Source of the DNA: Candidatus Heimdallarchaeota archaeon
Lineage (GTDB): Archaea > Asgardarchaeota > Heimdallarchaeia > JABLTI01
NCBI GenBank assembly: GCA_030614005.1
Contig: JAUWKS010000002.1
Location: forward strand, 120,001-152,000
Direction: 5' to 3'
DNA length: 32,000 bases
The translations under genes and the position numbers were made by a program. This document shows positions 1 to 7,788 of the stretch, piece after piece. The first letter of the stretch is position 1. The number at the start of each line of letters is the position of its first letter. A model generated the notes under the pieces. It was not told the DNA's origin. It saw nothing but the letters and a program-made list of their open reading frames with translations, and made no database searches.

Positions 1-58
1 AAAACATTGGGAATGAACTACCTTTGGATTTTTAACATATTATTATATAAAAACAGTA

Positions 59-1411
59 TTGAGTAGATATGGAAATAAAAATATGAGGAAACTGAGAATG
101 GGATTAAAAAAAGTTGATAACAAAATTCTTACAATACTAATAATTGGACTAGTTATATCTATAACTGGAACAGCAATCTTTTTGGGAATATGGTTCAAAC
201 CAATAAAAGTAATAGAAATATATGAGGATAAAGATTTTTCACGAAAGTATCACTTTCCCGGAAAGGGAACTAAAGGTGACCCTTATATTATTGATGGATA
301 CAAATTATCAGGCAATAAATATCATAATATCAAAATATATGATGTTACGAAACATTTTATCATTCAAAATTGTGTTTTGGAACACTCTGATAAAGGTATT
401 GATCTAAGAGGATTAGCTGATGGTATTGCAATGATAATCAACAATACCATACAAAATAATGATTGGGGGATAAGAGCAAATGCATGTGTTAATTGCTTCA
501 TAAGTGGAAATAGTTTTTTTAACAATAATGTTGGGATTAGTGCAGGTTCAGGCAATGGTTATACTATACAAGCAAACACCTTTAGTAATAACTCTAATAC
601 TGCAATGAATTTAATATGGAACTATAATACAAAGATACAAAATAATATTATTGAAACAGTAAATCAAGGGTTGAAAATTACTTATTCTGATTTAGTACTT
701 ATAGAAGGAAACAACTTTAGCGAGTGTAGTGATATAAGTTTAACAGCACAATATTTAACTGAAACAACCATTGCAAACAACTCAGTAACAAATTGTGGAA
801 TAGGATTTGCGATTGCTTTTACTGAAACAATCAATATAGATAGGAACAATTTTACAAATAATAACAACGGAGTATTAGTAAGTGTAACAAGCGATGGTTT
901 AATAGAGCATAATTATTGTGCTAACAATAAATATTATGGAATAAGAGCTTACAATTTGATATATAGTAGTATAAGGAATAATAGACTGATTTCCAATAAT
1001 GGTAGTGGGTTAATAATCGAGCTATGTTTTGCCACAGAGATAAACAATAATACTTGCTACAATAATACTCAAGGATTGGAAATTTCTTGTTCAAGCATAT
1101 CAAAAATCAGCTATAATACATTGGAGCATAATTTAGTGTATGGTATAGTAATGCAAGGAGTAAATACAACTGTTTGGAATAATAATTTTATAGATAATAA
1201 CTATCAAAATAACCCTGAAATTACTTCACAAGCAAAAGTAGAAGGAAATTGTACAGATTGGGTAGGATTTCCAGAATGGTTCAATAATACAACAAAACAA
1301 GGAAACTATTGGTCAGACTTAGCGTGGACGATAGGAATAGAATACACCATCGATCCAGGAAATTATACGGATAGCTATCCACTAGAAGAACCGGTAATAA
1401 TCAATAGCTGA
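59..1411 (+). CDS. Membrane-anchored right-handed parallel beta-helix (NosD/pectin lyase-like) protein, probably a host gene
   Basis: N-terminal hydrophobic helix (ILTILIIGLVISITGTAIFLGIWF), many Asn-rich IxNNxxxNNxxGI repeats, and a C-terminal GNYWSD...DSYPL motif typical of archaeal NosD-like proteins. The true start may be a downstream ATG. Confidence 0.85.
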   Translation: MSRYGNKNMRKLRMGLKKVDNKILTILIIGLVISITGTAIFLGIWFKPIKVIEIYEDKDFSRKYHFPGKGTKGDPYIIDGYKLSGNKYHNIKIYDVTKHFIIQNCVLEHSDKGIDLRGLADGIAMIINNTIQNNDWGIRANACVNCFISGNSFFNNNVGISAGSGNGYTIQANTFSNNSNTAMNLIWNYNTKIQNNIIETVNQGLKITYSDLVLIEGNNFSECSDISLTAQYLTETTIANNSVTNCGIGFAIAFTETINIDRNNFTNNNNGVLVSVTSDGLIEHNYCANNKYYGIRAYNLIYSSIRNNRLISNNGSGLIIELCFATEINNNTCYNNTQGLEISCSSISKISYNTLEHNLVYGIVMQGVNTTVWNNNFIDNNYQNNPEITSQAKVEGNCTDWVGFPEWFNNTTKQGNYWSDLAWTIGIEYTIDPGNYTDSYPLEEPVIINS

Positions 1412-1528
1412 AGCAAATAAAAAAACACCTTAAAACATAAGCTTAGAAAAGATTAAAAAGGAAAAAAGAACAGAAAAAAAGTAATTACGCCCTGATAGTG
1501 TAGTACGGCTCATCATCTTCGGCTGTCA

Positions 1529-1567
1529 AAGCCAAGAAATGTGCACTGCAAGCTTTTGGCTGCAGAG
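1529..1567 (+). other. tRNA intron 1 (39 nt, canonical 37/38 position)
   Basis: BHB: central helix CTGT/GCAG, bulges CAA and AGC, inner stem AGCCAA/TTGGCT, outer stem TCGG/CCGA. Confidence 0.9.
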
Positions 1568-1577
1568 CCCGATGGAC

Positions 1578-1610
1578 ATGAATGTGCAAAGAAAAACGCA
1601 TTCACCATTA
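1578..1610 (+). other. tRNA intron 2 (33 nt, non-canonical, variable loop/T-stem junction, about 48/49)
   Basis: BHB: outer CCCG/CGGG, central ATGG/CCAT, bulges ACA and TAA, inner TGAATG/CATTCA. Cleavage after the second nucleotide of each bulge restores GGAC-ACGGG. Confidence 0.88.
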
Positions 1611-1730
1611 ACGGGTTCGAATCCCGTTCGGGGCGCTTTTTCCCCATTTCCCATAATACATAATTATATAATCAAATAGTTATTTTATAAAAAAGTTTTC
1701 TTTGTCAAGATTTTTCTAGATAAAAAATAG

Positions 1731-1766
1731 AACAGATAAAAAAGGTAAAGACCTAATTTATCTGTT
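1731..1766 (-). terminator. Long stem-loop followed by a T tract on the minus strand; likely 3' end of the cas7/cas5-HD transcript or of a guide RNA
   Basis: AACAGATAAA-aa-AGGT-aaag-ACCT-aa-TTTATCTGTT inverted repeat. The minus strand continues CTATTTTTT. Confidence 0.55.
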
Positions 1767-1770
1767 ATCA

Positions 1771-1794
1771 GAATCCCATTCGGAGCGCTGTTTC
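1771..1794. repeat. Degenerate copy (21/24) of the tRNA-Asp 3' end plus trailer (1619-1642); att-like remnant or guide spacer
   Basis: gaatcccAttcggAgcgctGtttc vs gaatcccGttcggGgcgctTtttc. Mismatches at 1778, 1784 and 1790. Confidence 0.85.
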
Positions 1795-1833
1795 TACTTC
1801 TTAACAGTTTCTTATTACTGTCTTAACTACTAG

Positions 1834-2838
1834 CTATGTTAACGCTTTTTTCTTTTCGCTACTCATGCTAGTAATTCGATGCATCTCAGCATCTCTGATA
1901 GTGTTAAGATCTTCATCTTCTTCATCTATCGATGTTGAGACATTTCTTACTAGGTATACTTTTTCTCTGCTAATTTTCAACCATTGATTGTAGTAGCTAG
2001 TTATTGCAAGATTTACCATTAGTAGTAAGTGGTTTTTGAGTGAGTTTCTTGCATATCTAAAAGACACTACTACTCTATCTAATTCTATAGATTTGAGTAT
2101 ATAATCATACAGTTTATTGGTTGATTCTTGTCTTGCCTCTATTTCTTTTGCTAATTTAACAAAGTCTATCTTACCGTTTTCGAAATCATATCGTCCCTTT
2201 GTCAAATAGCTGGTTTTTCTGTTCATGTATGCCGCTACTTGGTCGAAGTATCTTACTATTGGGTGTAAATTATTCCCTTTTATTTTCCTCACATGATGAT
2301 TTTGACATGCTTCTCTTATTTCCTCATCATTGATTTCTACTTCTTGGAAAATCTTACTCATATGCCTCTCTGTATGCACAAAATCATGAAGCATCAGAGC
2401 TCGAAGTAATCTTTGTAGTTTCTTAGGATAATTTGTTCCCAAACCCTTTCGTATTCTGAATTTCTTTCGTTTTGGTTCTGAAGGTATTTTCTTGTATTTT
2501 TCTTCTTTATACTCTAACCACTTTACTTTTCCAAGGCCATCATTCTTTTTACTTCCTAGATATTCCTTCCTAAGATATTGTTTGATTGTTTCTTTTCCTC
2601 GAGTTTCATTACAATCTACTGTTGTTACTCTTACGAATCCTCTATATGCTAGGTATTCATCGGGTATTTTTCGTTCCCCTTTAATCAATTTTCCAACATA
2701 ACTTTTGAGTGGTTTTTCATTTGTTTCTAATTCTCTAACTATTCTTATCCAGACCTTTCCTTTCTTAAGAAGTGGTTTTGAAGCAATTATTGGTGAGAGT
2801 AATTCACCAGTCAGAGTATAGAGTGTTCTTATTTCCAT
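1834..2838 (-). CDS. Cas5-like RAMP domain fused to a circularly permuted (Cas10-type) HD nuclease
   Basis: The N-terminal ~110 aa end in the RAMP G-rich loop YLGSKKNDGLGKV. The C-terminal part has LMLHDFVH, NHH, YFDQVAA and a late SLKNHLL motif, the motif order seen in Cas10 HD domains. Overlaps the cas7 stop by 10 nt. Confidence 0.72.
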   Translation of the reverse strand: MEIRTLYTLTGELLSPIIASKPLLKKGKVWIRIVRELETNEKPLKSYVGKLIKGERKIPDEYLAYRGFVRVTTVDCNETRGKETIKQYLRKEYLGSKKNDGLGKVKWLEYKEEKYKKIPSEPKRKKFRIRKGLGTNYPKKLQRLLRALMLHDFVHTERHMSKIFQEVEINDEEIREACQNHHVRKIKGNNLHPIVRYFDQVAAYMNRKTSYLTKGRYDFENGKIDFVKLAKEIEARQESTNKLYDYILKSIELDRVVVSFRYARNSLKNHLLLMVNLAITSYYNQWLKISREKVYLVRNVSTSIDEEDEDLNTIRDAEMHRITSMSSEKKKALT

Positions 2839-3596
2839 GCTTTCAACACCTCATCCATCTCTTTCCAGAGATTTTGTTCTGATTCTTTTTCGATTACTTT
2901 TCCTTTCTTTACAGTTCTCGTCCTTGTTACTTCTTGCAAATTCACTTCTAGTAGGTCTATTTTCCCAGCACCGTTATTTGCCGATGCACCCCACCGTATT
3001 TCGGGCATGTAAAGAATACTTTTCAAAAGGAATCCTAGTAACTCTTGATCTAGCTCTTTTAGTAGTTCGATCTCCAAGTTAAATTCACCAGCAATGAATC
3101 GTTCTCTAAAATCTTGTGTGCTTCTCTTTGAATCTTTCATTAGAGCATTTCGTATTTCAGTAGATAGATGTACTTTCTGTGCGTCATTAATTTCTTCTTT
3201 GATGTTATCGGATGTTATTATCACAGGATTAAATCTCACTACGGATTGTTTCTTTAAGGACCCCATTAATTTATGTCTAATGCATTCTTCTTCTGGATAG
3301 CATGAACCATTAAGATGATACCCTTCAGGTAGTAATGGTTCTCCTTTCTGTGTTGTCTTTTTATCAGATATGTGACATACTTCTATTTCTCTTTGTTTTG
3401 CCAGTTCCATCATTGCGTGATTCAATACGCCTCTTAATCCTTTTACTAAGTATCTCTTACCCTCTTTTCCACCATTTGGATTATAGACTAATAGCAGATT
3501 TTTCATATTCCCTCTTGCCATCTGACCATTTCCAGGTTTCGCTATGGAGGTTCTAACAGTTATTTTTATTCGCTTAAACGTTCGAGAGACAAACAT
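2829..3596 (-). CDS. cas7: Cas7-family RAMP backbone subunit (Csm3/Csc2/Csf2-like)
   Basis: KGLRGVLNHAM helix, Cys-containing insertion (EVCH...GSC...ECIRHKLMGS), VVRF strand, C-terminal WGASANNGAGKI G-loop. Likely start is ATG 3596 (MFVSR) after a GGTGA SD; the ORF track start at 3608 overlaps that SD. Confidence 0.82.
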   Translation of the reverse strand: MFVSRTFKRIKITVRTSIAKPGNGQMARGNMKNLLLVYNPNGGKEGKRYLVKGLRGVLNHAMMELAKQREIEVCHISDKKTTQKGEPLLPEGYHLNGSCYPEEECIRHKLMGSLKKQSVVRFNPVIITSDNIKEEINDAQKVHLSTEIRNALMKDSKRSTQDFRERFIAGEFNLEIELLKELDQELLGFLLKSILYMPEIRWGASANNGAGKIDLLEVNLQEVTRTRTVKKGKVIEKESEQNLWKEMDEVLKAWK

Positions 3597-3708
3597 AAGT
3601 TTCACCATATTAATGTAATATATATTTAATATATATTATTTATCTATTTAAACGCTTCGCTGAGAATATTTATATTTAAATTTAATTAGTACAATATAGT
3701 GATGTGCT

Positions 3709-3885
3709 TTGGCAGAAAATGATGAAGCGGTGTTAATTTATTTCAAAAGAAAAGTAGGTAAAATTGGTGACAGTTTACATATTACAATACCTAAAGAAAT
3801 CGTAGAGGCTCTAGACATTAAACAGGGAGACACTTTGGGAATTTTTGCAAAGGATTACAAAACAATCGAAGTGAAAAAACAATGA
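3709..3885 (+). CDS. AbrB/MazE/SpoVT-family DNA-binding protein (58 aa, TTG start; not in ORF track)
   Basis: My translation: MAENDEAVLIYFKRKVGKIGDSLHITIPKEIVEALDIKQGDTLGIFAKDYKTIEVKKQ. Has the swapped-hairpin signature (ITIPKEIxxxLxIxxGD). Its stop overlaps the next ATG (ATGA). Confidence 0.85.
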   Translation: MAENDEAVLIYFKRKVGKIGDSLHITIPKEIVEALDIKQGDTLGIFAKDYKTIEVKKQ

Positions 3886-4331
3886 GTTTAACAACAACTG
3901 AATGGATAACAATAGGATTTAGTATAACCAATACACTACTTGCTTTTGCAGTTTTCATATATATATGGTATACAAACAAGACAAAAGGTCCTAGAATATC
4001 TATTGTTGATTATATCTCAAGAAAAATGGATTCTGATGAGATAACTATTAATTTTCGATATGTAAATAGTGGAGATACAAAAACTATTTTGATTTTTACT
4101 GGGTTTATTGAATTTAGAGATCAAGCATTTGAAAGTTCAGTTACAAAAAAAGAAGCAATAAGTCCAGTAAAAGAGATACAACAAAATCATGTACATTTTA
4201 AAAATTCACTTCCGCAAGGGGGGATTGTAATCGATGAGACAATATTACAAATTAGAGGATATTATTTTGATCATAATGGAAAGAAGAAAAAATTAAAACA
4301 AAAACCAATTCAACTAAATGAAATAAAGTAA
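3882..4331 (+). CDS. Hypothetical membrane-anchored protein
   Basis: Single N-terminal TM segment (WITIGFSITNTLLAFAVFIYIWY) followed by a beta-rich soluble part. Coupled to the AbrB gene. Confidence 0.6.
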   Translation: MSLTTTEWITIGFSITNTLLAFAVFIYIWYTNKTKGPRISIVDYISRKMDSDEITINFRYVNSGDTKTILIFTGFIEFRDQAFESSVTKKEAISPVKEIQQNHVHFKNSLPQGGIVIDETILQIRGYYFDHNGKKKKLKQKPIQLNEIK

Positions 4332-4382
4332 ATTTCGTGGTGTTCTTATTTTTCGTACAAATAAAGCTAAGAGGAACGAGAC

Positions 4383-5957
4383 TTGACAGTACTCAATTGG
4401 CAGAATGATCCAATATACTTTGATGATGTATCTAAAGAAGTCAATCACTGGATAAATGCCAATGAGTTGATGGAAAATAATCGACAAGTGGAGATCTTTC
4501 TTCCAAACACAGAAACACTCAATCTTTTCCCGATCCTAGTACGAAGAGCGGATTTTCTCCGGGTAAACTCTTCCGATCGCATCCTTGCCAGGTTGCCTTT
4601 CATACAGCTTACAGAGAAGGAAAAGGTACTATTCAAAAACCAAGAATTACTCGTATCCGAAAAATTGCGTGATTACTTTTACCAATCTGATAATCGCAAG
4701 ATCCTTGAGTGGCGAGACATCCTTCGGAACTATCTTGAGCGTGGAGCCATTCCTTTACCGTTCTTCCGTTGTTATCCTGATGAGTGGGGGCTCGATTTCC
4801 AAGACCGAATCCTTGAATTCTCTCGAGGGGAAACTTTTGCAATGCCTACTAGGTTAACTACTGAGCTTGCTTATCTTTGTGGCATGGTCAATGGTGATGG
4901 CAATCTCACTAAATATGTTCTCAATATTGTTGATTATTCCATTGAAAACATTCGACAGTTAAAGGAACAGTTCGAACGATTATTCCAACAAACAGGAAGG
5001 ATTCAACTACAAACGGAGAATTGCCCAAAACTCATTATTACTAATCTCTGGGTTGCACGTTTATTTTCCTTTCTTACGGATCAACCAATTGGTGGTAAGA
5101 AGTACAGTAATTTACGTGGACCACTACTCTTTCTAGAGCAACCCTTACGTTCGCACTATTGGTCGGGAGTTATGGATGCGGATGGAAGTTATACTAATAG
5201 AAACATTACATTTACAAGTGCAAGTAAAAATTATACGCAAGATTTTATCTCATTTATGAAATCAATAAGTATTCTAGCAAAACAGTATTCGAGAAATGAT
5301 GGAACGTTTCAAGTATATATTTCAAGAAAATTTCATGATATATACAAGTCACAATTATTATGTTTACACCCTGAAGAGAAATTACAATTTAATAAATTAC
5401 AAAAGGGAATCAGTAAAAACTATGGTGTACGAATCAGAAAAAAATTTGTTGATTTTGATAAAGATAAGATGATAAACGGTTTTTTTGACTTTAGATTCCT
5501 TACACAAGTCCATATTATTGGCTTAGGAGATTTTCTTCGAATCGAAAGAGAAACTAAAACCTTAAAGTCCTTTTCAAAAGAATTAGGAGTGAGTGATAGT
5601 TTTCTCTCAATGCTTGAAAACGAAAGAAGTGCAATACCAATTGAATTATTATTGAAAATCCTTCAAAGAAAAAATAAACAATTAATGCATTTTCTTTTGT
5701 TAAATAAACAACACATTCTCTATAGAAAGGGAAGTTCCAAACCTATTAAATTAAATTTGAAACCTAACAAAGAGCTTCTCTATTTGGCTACAAAAATGAC
5801 TTTCCACAAAGCTTCTATTAGTTTACCTTTAAAAAAGCAAGATTTACAAGATAAAATTACAGACCGTTTTGGAGTTATTATAAAGAAAAATAGAATTGAT
5901 AATAAATTACTTCTCTATTATTTTACTACTTTTTGTAAGCTAAAAAAAATTGATTGA
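4383..5957 (+). CDS. Free-standing double-motif LAGLIDADG endonuclease with unknown N-terminal domain and XRE-type HTH (copy 1)
   Basis: Motifs LAYLCGMVNGDG and YWSGVMDADG, both with the catalytic Asp. HTH LKSFSKELGVSDSFLSMLENERSAIP. No intein splicing residues seen. Confidence 0.85.
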   Translation: MTVLNWQNDPIYFDDVSKEVNHWINANELMENNRQVEIFLPNTETLNLFPILVRRADFLRVNSSDRILARLPFIQLTEKEKVLFKNQELLVSEKLRDYFYQSDNRKILEWRDILRNYLERGAIPLPFFRCYPDEWGLDFQDRILEFSRGETFAMPTRLTTELAYLCGMVNGDGNLTKYVLNIVDYSIENIRQLKEQFERLFQQTGRIQLQTENCPKLIITNLWVARLFSFLTDQPIGGKKYSNLRGPLLFLEQPLRSHYWSGVMDADGSYTNRNITFTSASKNYTQDFISFMKSISILAKQYSRNDGTFQVYISRKFHDIYKSQLLCLHPEEKLQFNKLQKGISKNYGVRIRKKFVDFDKDKMINGFFDFRFLTQVHIIGLGDFLRIERETKTLKSFSKELGVSDSFLSMLENERSAIPIELLLKILQRKNKQLMHFLLLNKQHILYRKGSSKPIKLNLKPNKELLYLATKMTFHKASISLPLKKQDLQDKITDRFGVIIKKNRIDNKLLLYYFTTFCKLKKID

Positions 5958-6033
5958 AGAAATAAATTATAATATTTCAGAAACAATAGAAGTGAATTGA
6001 TTACTAACTATTTTTGAAATAAACTATTGGGTA

Positions 6034-6156
6034 TTAGATATTAACTGTATACAACAACACAATAAAAACAATTCTAGCCATCTGCCCGTTACCAGGTTTC
6101 GCTATTGATGTTCTAGCGGTTATTTTTATTCGCTTAAATGTTCGAGAGACGTTCAT
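6034..6156 (-). pseudogene. cas7: Truncated 5' fragment of a second cas7 (28 homologous codons, then unrelated sequence and stop)
   Basis: MNVSRTFKRIKITARTSIAKPGNGQMAR vs MFVSRTFKRIKITVRTSIAKPGNGQMAR. 6073-6150 matches 3513-3590 at 69/78 nt. GGTGA SD retained (tcacc 6163-6167). Confidence 0.9.
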
Positions 6157-6280
6157 TTTTGTTCACCAATAAATTAAAGCATCATATTATTATGTTGTTA
6201 ATCATCATATATAAGCACTTCTCTGACCAATTTGAACAGCATTTTTAAATATTTTAAACCATCATTTATAGTGATTAGAT

Positions 6281-6457
6281 ATGGATGAAGAAAAAGATCC
6301 TAAAATTATCTTTAAGAGAAAAATAATCTTTAGCTCTGGAACACATCGGATTAGTATTCCATTAGAATTAGTTGAGGCACTCAATATTGAACCAGGAGAA
6401 GAAGTATTATGCTATCTTGATGGTTCAAAGAAGATAGTTTTTGAATTGACAAAGTAA
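6281..6457 (+). CDS. Second AbrB/MazE/SpoVT-family protein (58 aa; not in ORF track)
   Basis: My translation: MDEEKDPKIIFKRKIIFSSGTHRISIPLELVEALNIEPGEEVLCYLDGSKKIVFELTK. Same divergent position relative to cas7 as copy 1. Confidence 0.82.
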   Translation: MDEEKDPKIIFKRKIIFSSGTHRISIPLELVEALNIEPGEEVLCYLDGSKKIVFELTK

Positions 6458-6507
6458 TAATTTAGAACAGATTTTACCACAATTATTTGTAGAGAGTATT
6501 TAATTTA

Positions 6508-7263
6508 TTATCCATCCAATTTCAACAATTCGAGTGTTTCAGCATCCAGGAGGGTTTCTAATTTTTCCAATTCTACTGTTACGTTTTCTCCTACTTCTTG
6601 ATAGTGACAAAGGGTACAATATGCTTTTAGTGGAACATCCTTAATCTTGATATGATATAATCCTTGACGATATTTGTAAGCTTCACCAGAATGCTTTGCT
6701 TCTAAAGTTTCGGATCTGCATAGAGGACATTTCTTTATATTGTATTCTTCTGGTTTTATTGTTCGAATCGATCGTAATTGCTTCTCCACCATATTGATGA
6801 TTTGTTCTTCTTGTTCCTCTACTTCCAAGCTAAATGATGTAGTCTTGCAAGTACTATTACTACATACTTGTGCAGGTTTTTGTTCTAAAATTAACTCATA
6901 GTTAGTACCTTGTATCCACGAGCTCACTGTTCTTTTTATCAATAATCCGTCTTTACACACATGACAGTATATACCCGTTCTTTTATCCACGTAAGATAAC
7001 AATTCAAGGATTGAGTCAAATTTGAGATTATATTTGGCATAATCAAAAATATTAATTTGATAATGAGTAATTGTATTTCTTAGGGTTCGCAAAGCATTTC
7101 TATCTTGTGGGGTTAATGGGGACCCCTCTAATTTTCTTTCATATTTCGTTAGTAATGCGTCTTTTTGTTTTTTTGTAATATATTCTTTTTTAAGAGCATC
7201 TTCTATAATTTCTCTAAATTTCTCCTCTTCTTTGCCTGCGAATATTTGTGTCATTTCTCTCAC
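6508..7263 (-). CDS. Protein with two YgiT/MqsA-type zinc fingers; putative antitoxin or regulator
   Basis: CHVC...KPAQVCSNSTC and CPLC...DVPLKAYCTLC, each resembling YgiT-type CxxC...vPa.vCxxC. Adjacent to a DUF4258 gene. Confidence 0.65.
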   Translation of the reverse strand: MREMTQIFAGKEEEKFREIIEDALKKEYITKKQKDALLTKYERKLEGSPLTPQDRNALRTLRNTITHYQINIFDYAKYNLKFDSILELLSYVDKRTGIYCHVCKDGLLIKRTVSSWIQGTNYELILEQKPAQVCSNSTCKTTSFSLEVEEQEEQIINMVEKQLRSIRTIKPEEYNIKKCPLCRSETLEAKHSGEAYKYRQGLYHIKIKDVPLKAYCTLCHYQEVGENVTVELEKLETLLDAETLELLKLDG

Positions 7264-7331
7264 GGTTTTTTGGGGTTAAATGGTTAATATGGTTATTGTG
7301 TTTACTAGTAAGTAGTTATTTAAATATTTCC

Positions 7332-7343
7332 TACACATGTGTA
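7332..7343. promoter_or_regulatory. Perfect 12-bp palindrome TACACATGTGTA in the divergent TA promoter region; candidate operator
   Basis: Seen directly between the two divergent starts. Operator function is inferred. Confidence 0.35.
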
Positions 7344-7390
7344 AAATAAACATACACAAGTCTTAAATAGTTGTCCCCTTCTGTAAAAGT

Positions 7391-7705
7391 ATGAACAATT
7401 TGAGAGAAAAGGTAAAAGAGTTTGCTATTCGCTTTCAGAGAGGACATGGAGAGCTTCGTTGGAGAGAGCGAAGTATACCACCAGATGAAATTGAGGATAT
7501 TGTTCGACAATGGGATGTTATTGACGACACAAAAGATGGACGGTACTTGTTATGGGGGGAGTTAGATAATAAACGTATAATACATATACCTTGTTTTCTG
7601 GACATGCAAACTAAAATAATATGGGTACTAACAGTTTATTATCCGGATGATGAGAATTTCACAATGGAATCTAATTATAGAGTAAGGAAAACGATAAGCA
7701 AATAG
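7391..7705 (+). CDS. DUF4258-family (RelE-like) putative toxin
   Basis: H-x-x-x-R-x-x-ER-x-I start, GRYLLWG, IHI, and a VLTVYYPD...RVRK ending, matching the DUF4258 pattern. Confidence 0.75.
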   Translation: MNNLREKVKEFAIRFQRGHGELRWRERSIPPDEIEDIVRQWDVIDDTKDGRYLLWGELDNKRIIHIPCFLDMQTKIIWVLTVYYPDDENFTMESNYRVRKTISK

Positions 7706-7788
7706 ATTGTATTAGAAACAAATTTTTGCAGTATTTTTAGAGAAGAGTATTTATTCCTCATTTAACCAAAGCTGCTGAGGAAAAATAA

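Larger units (their letters stand above)
1489..1635 (+). tRNA. trnD: tRNA-Asp(GUC) with two introns; exons 1489-1528, 1568-1577, 1611-1635; CCA not encoded
   Basis: Acceptor stem GCCCTGA/TCGGGGC with discriminator G. Anticodon GTC at 1525-1527. T arm ACGGG-TTCGAAT-CCCGT. Removing both BHB-flanked introns gives a 75-nt cloverleaf closely resembling archaeal tRNA-Asp. Confidence 0.93.

Noticed and set aside
4383-5957. LAGLIDADG genes as inteins or intron-encoded ORFs
   Set aside because: No N-terminal Cys/Ser block, no C-terminal HN, no split host gene or flanking BHB seen. Each has its own start and stop.
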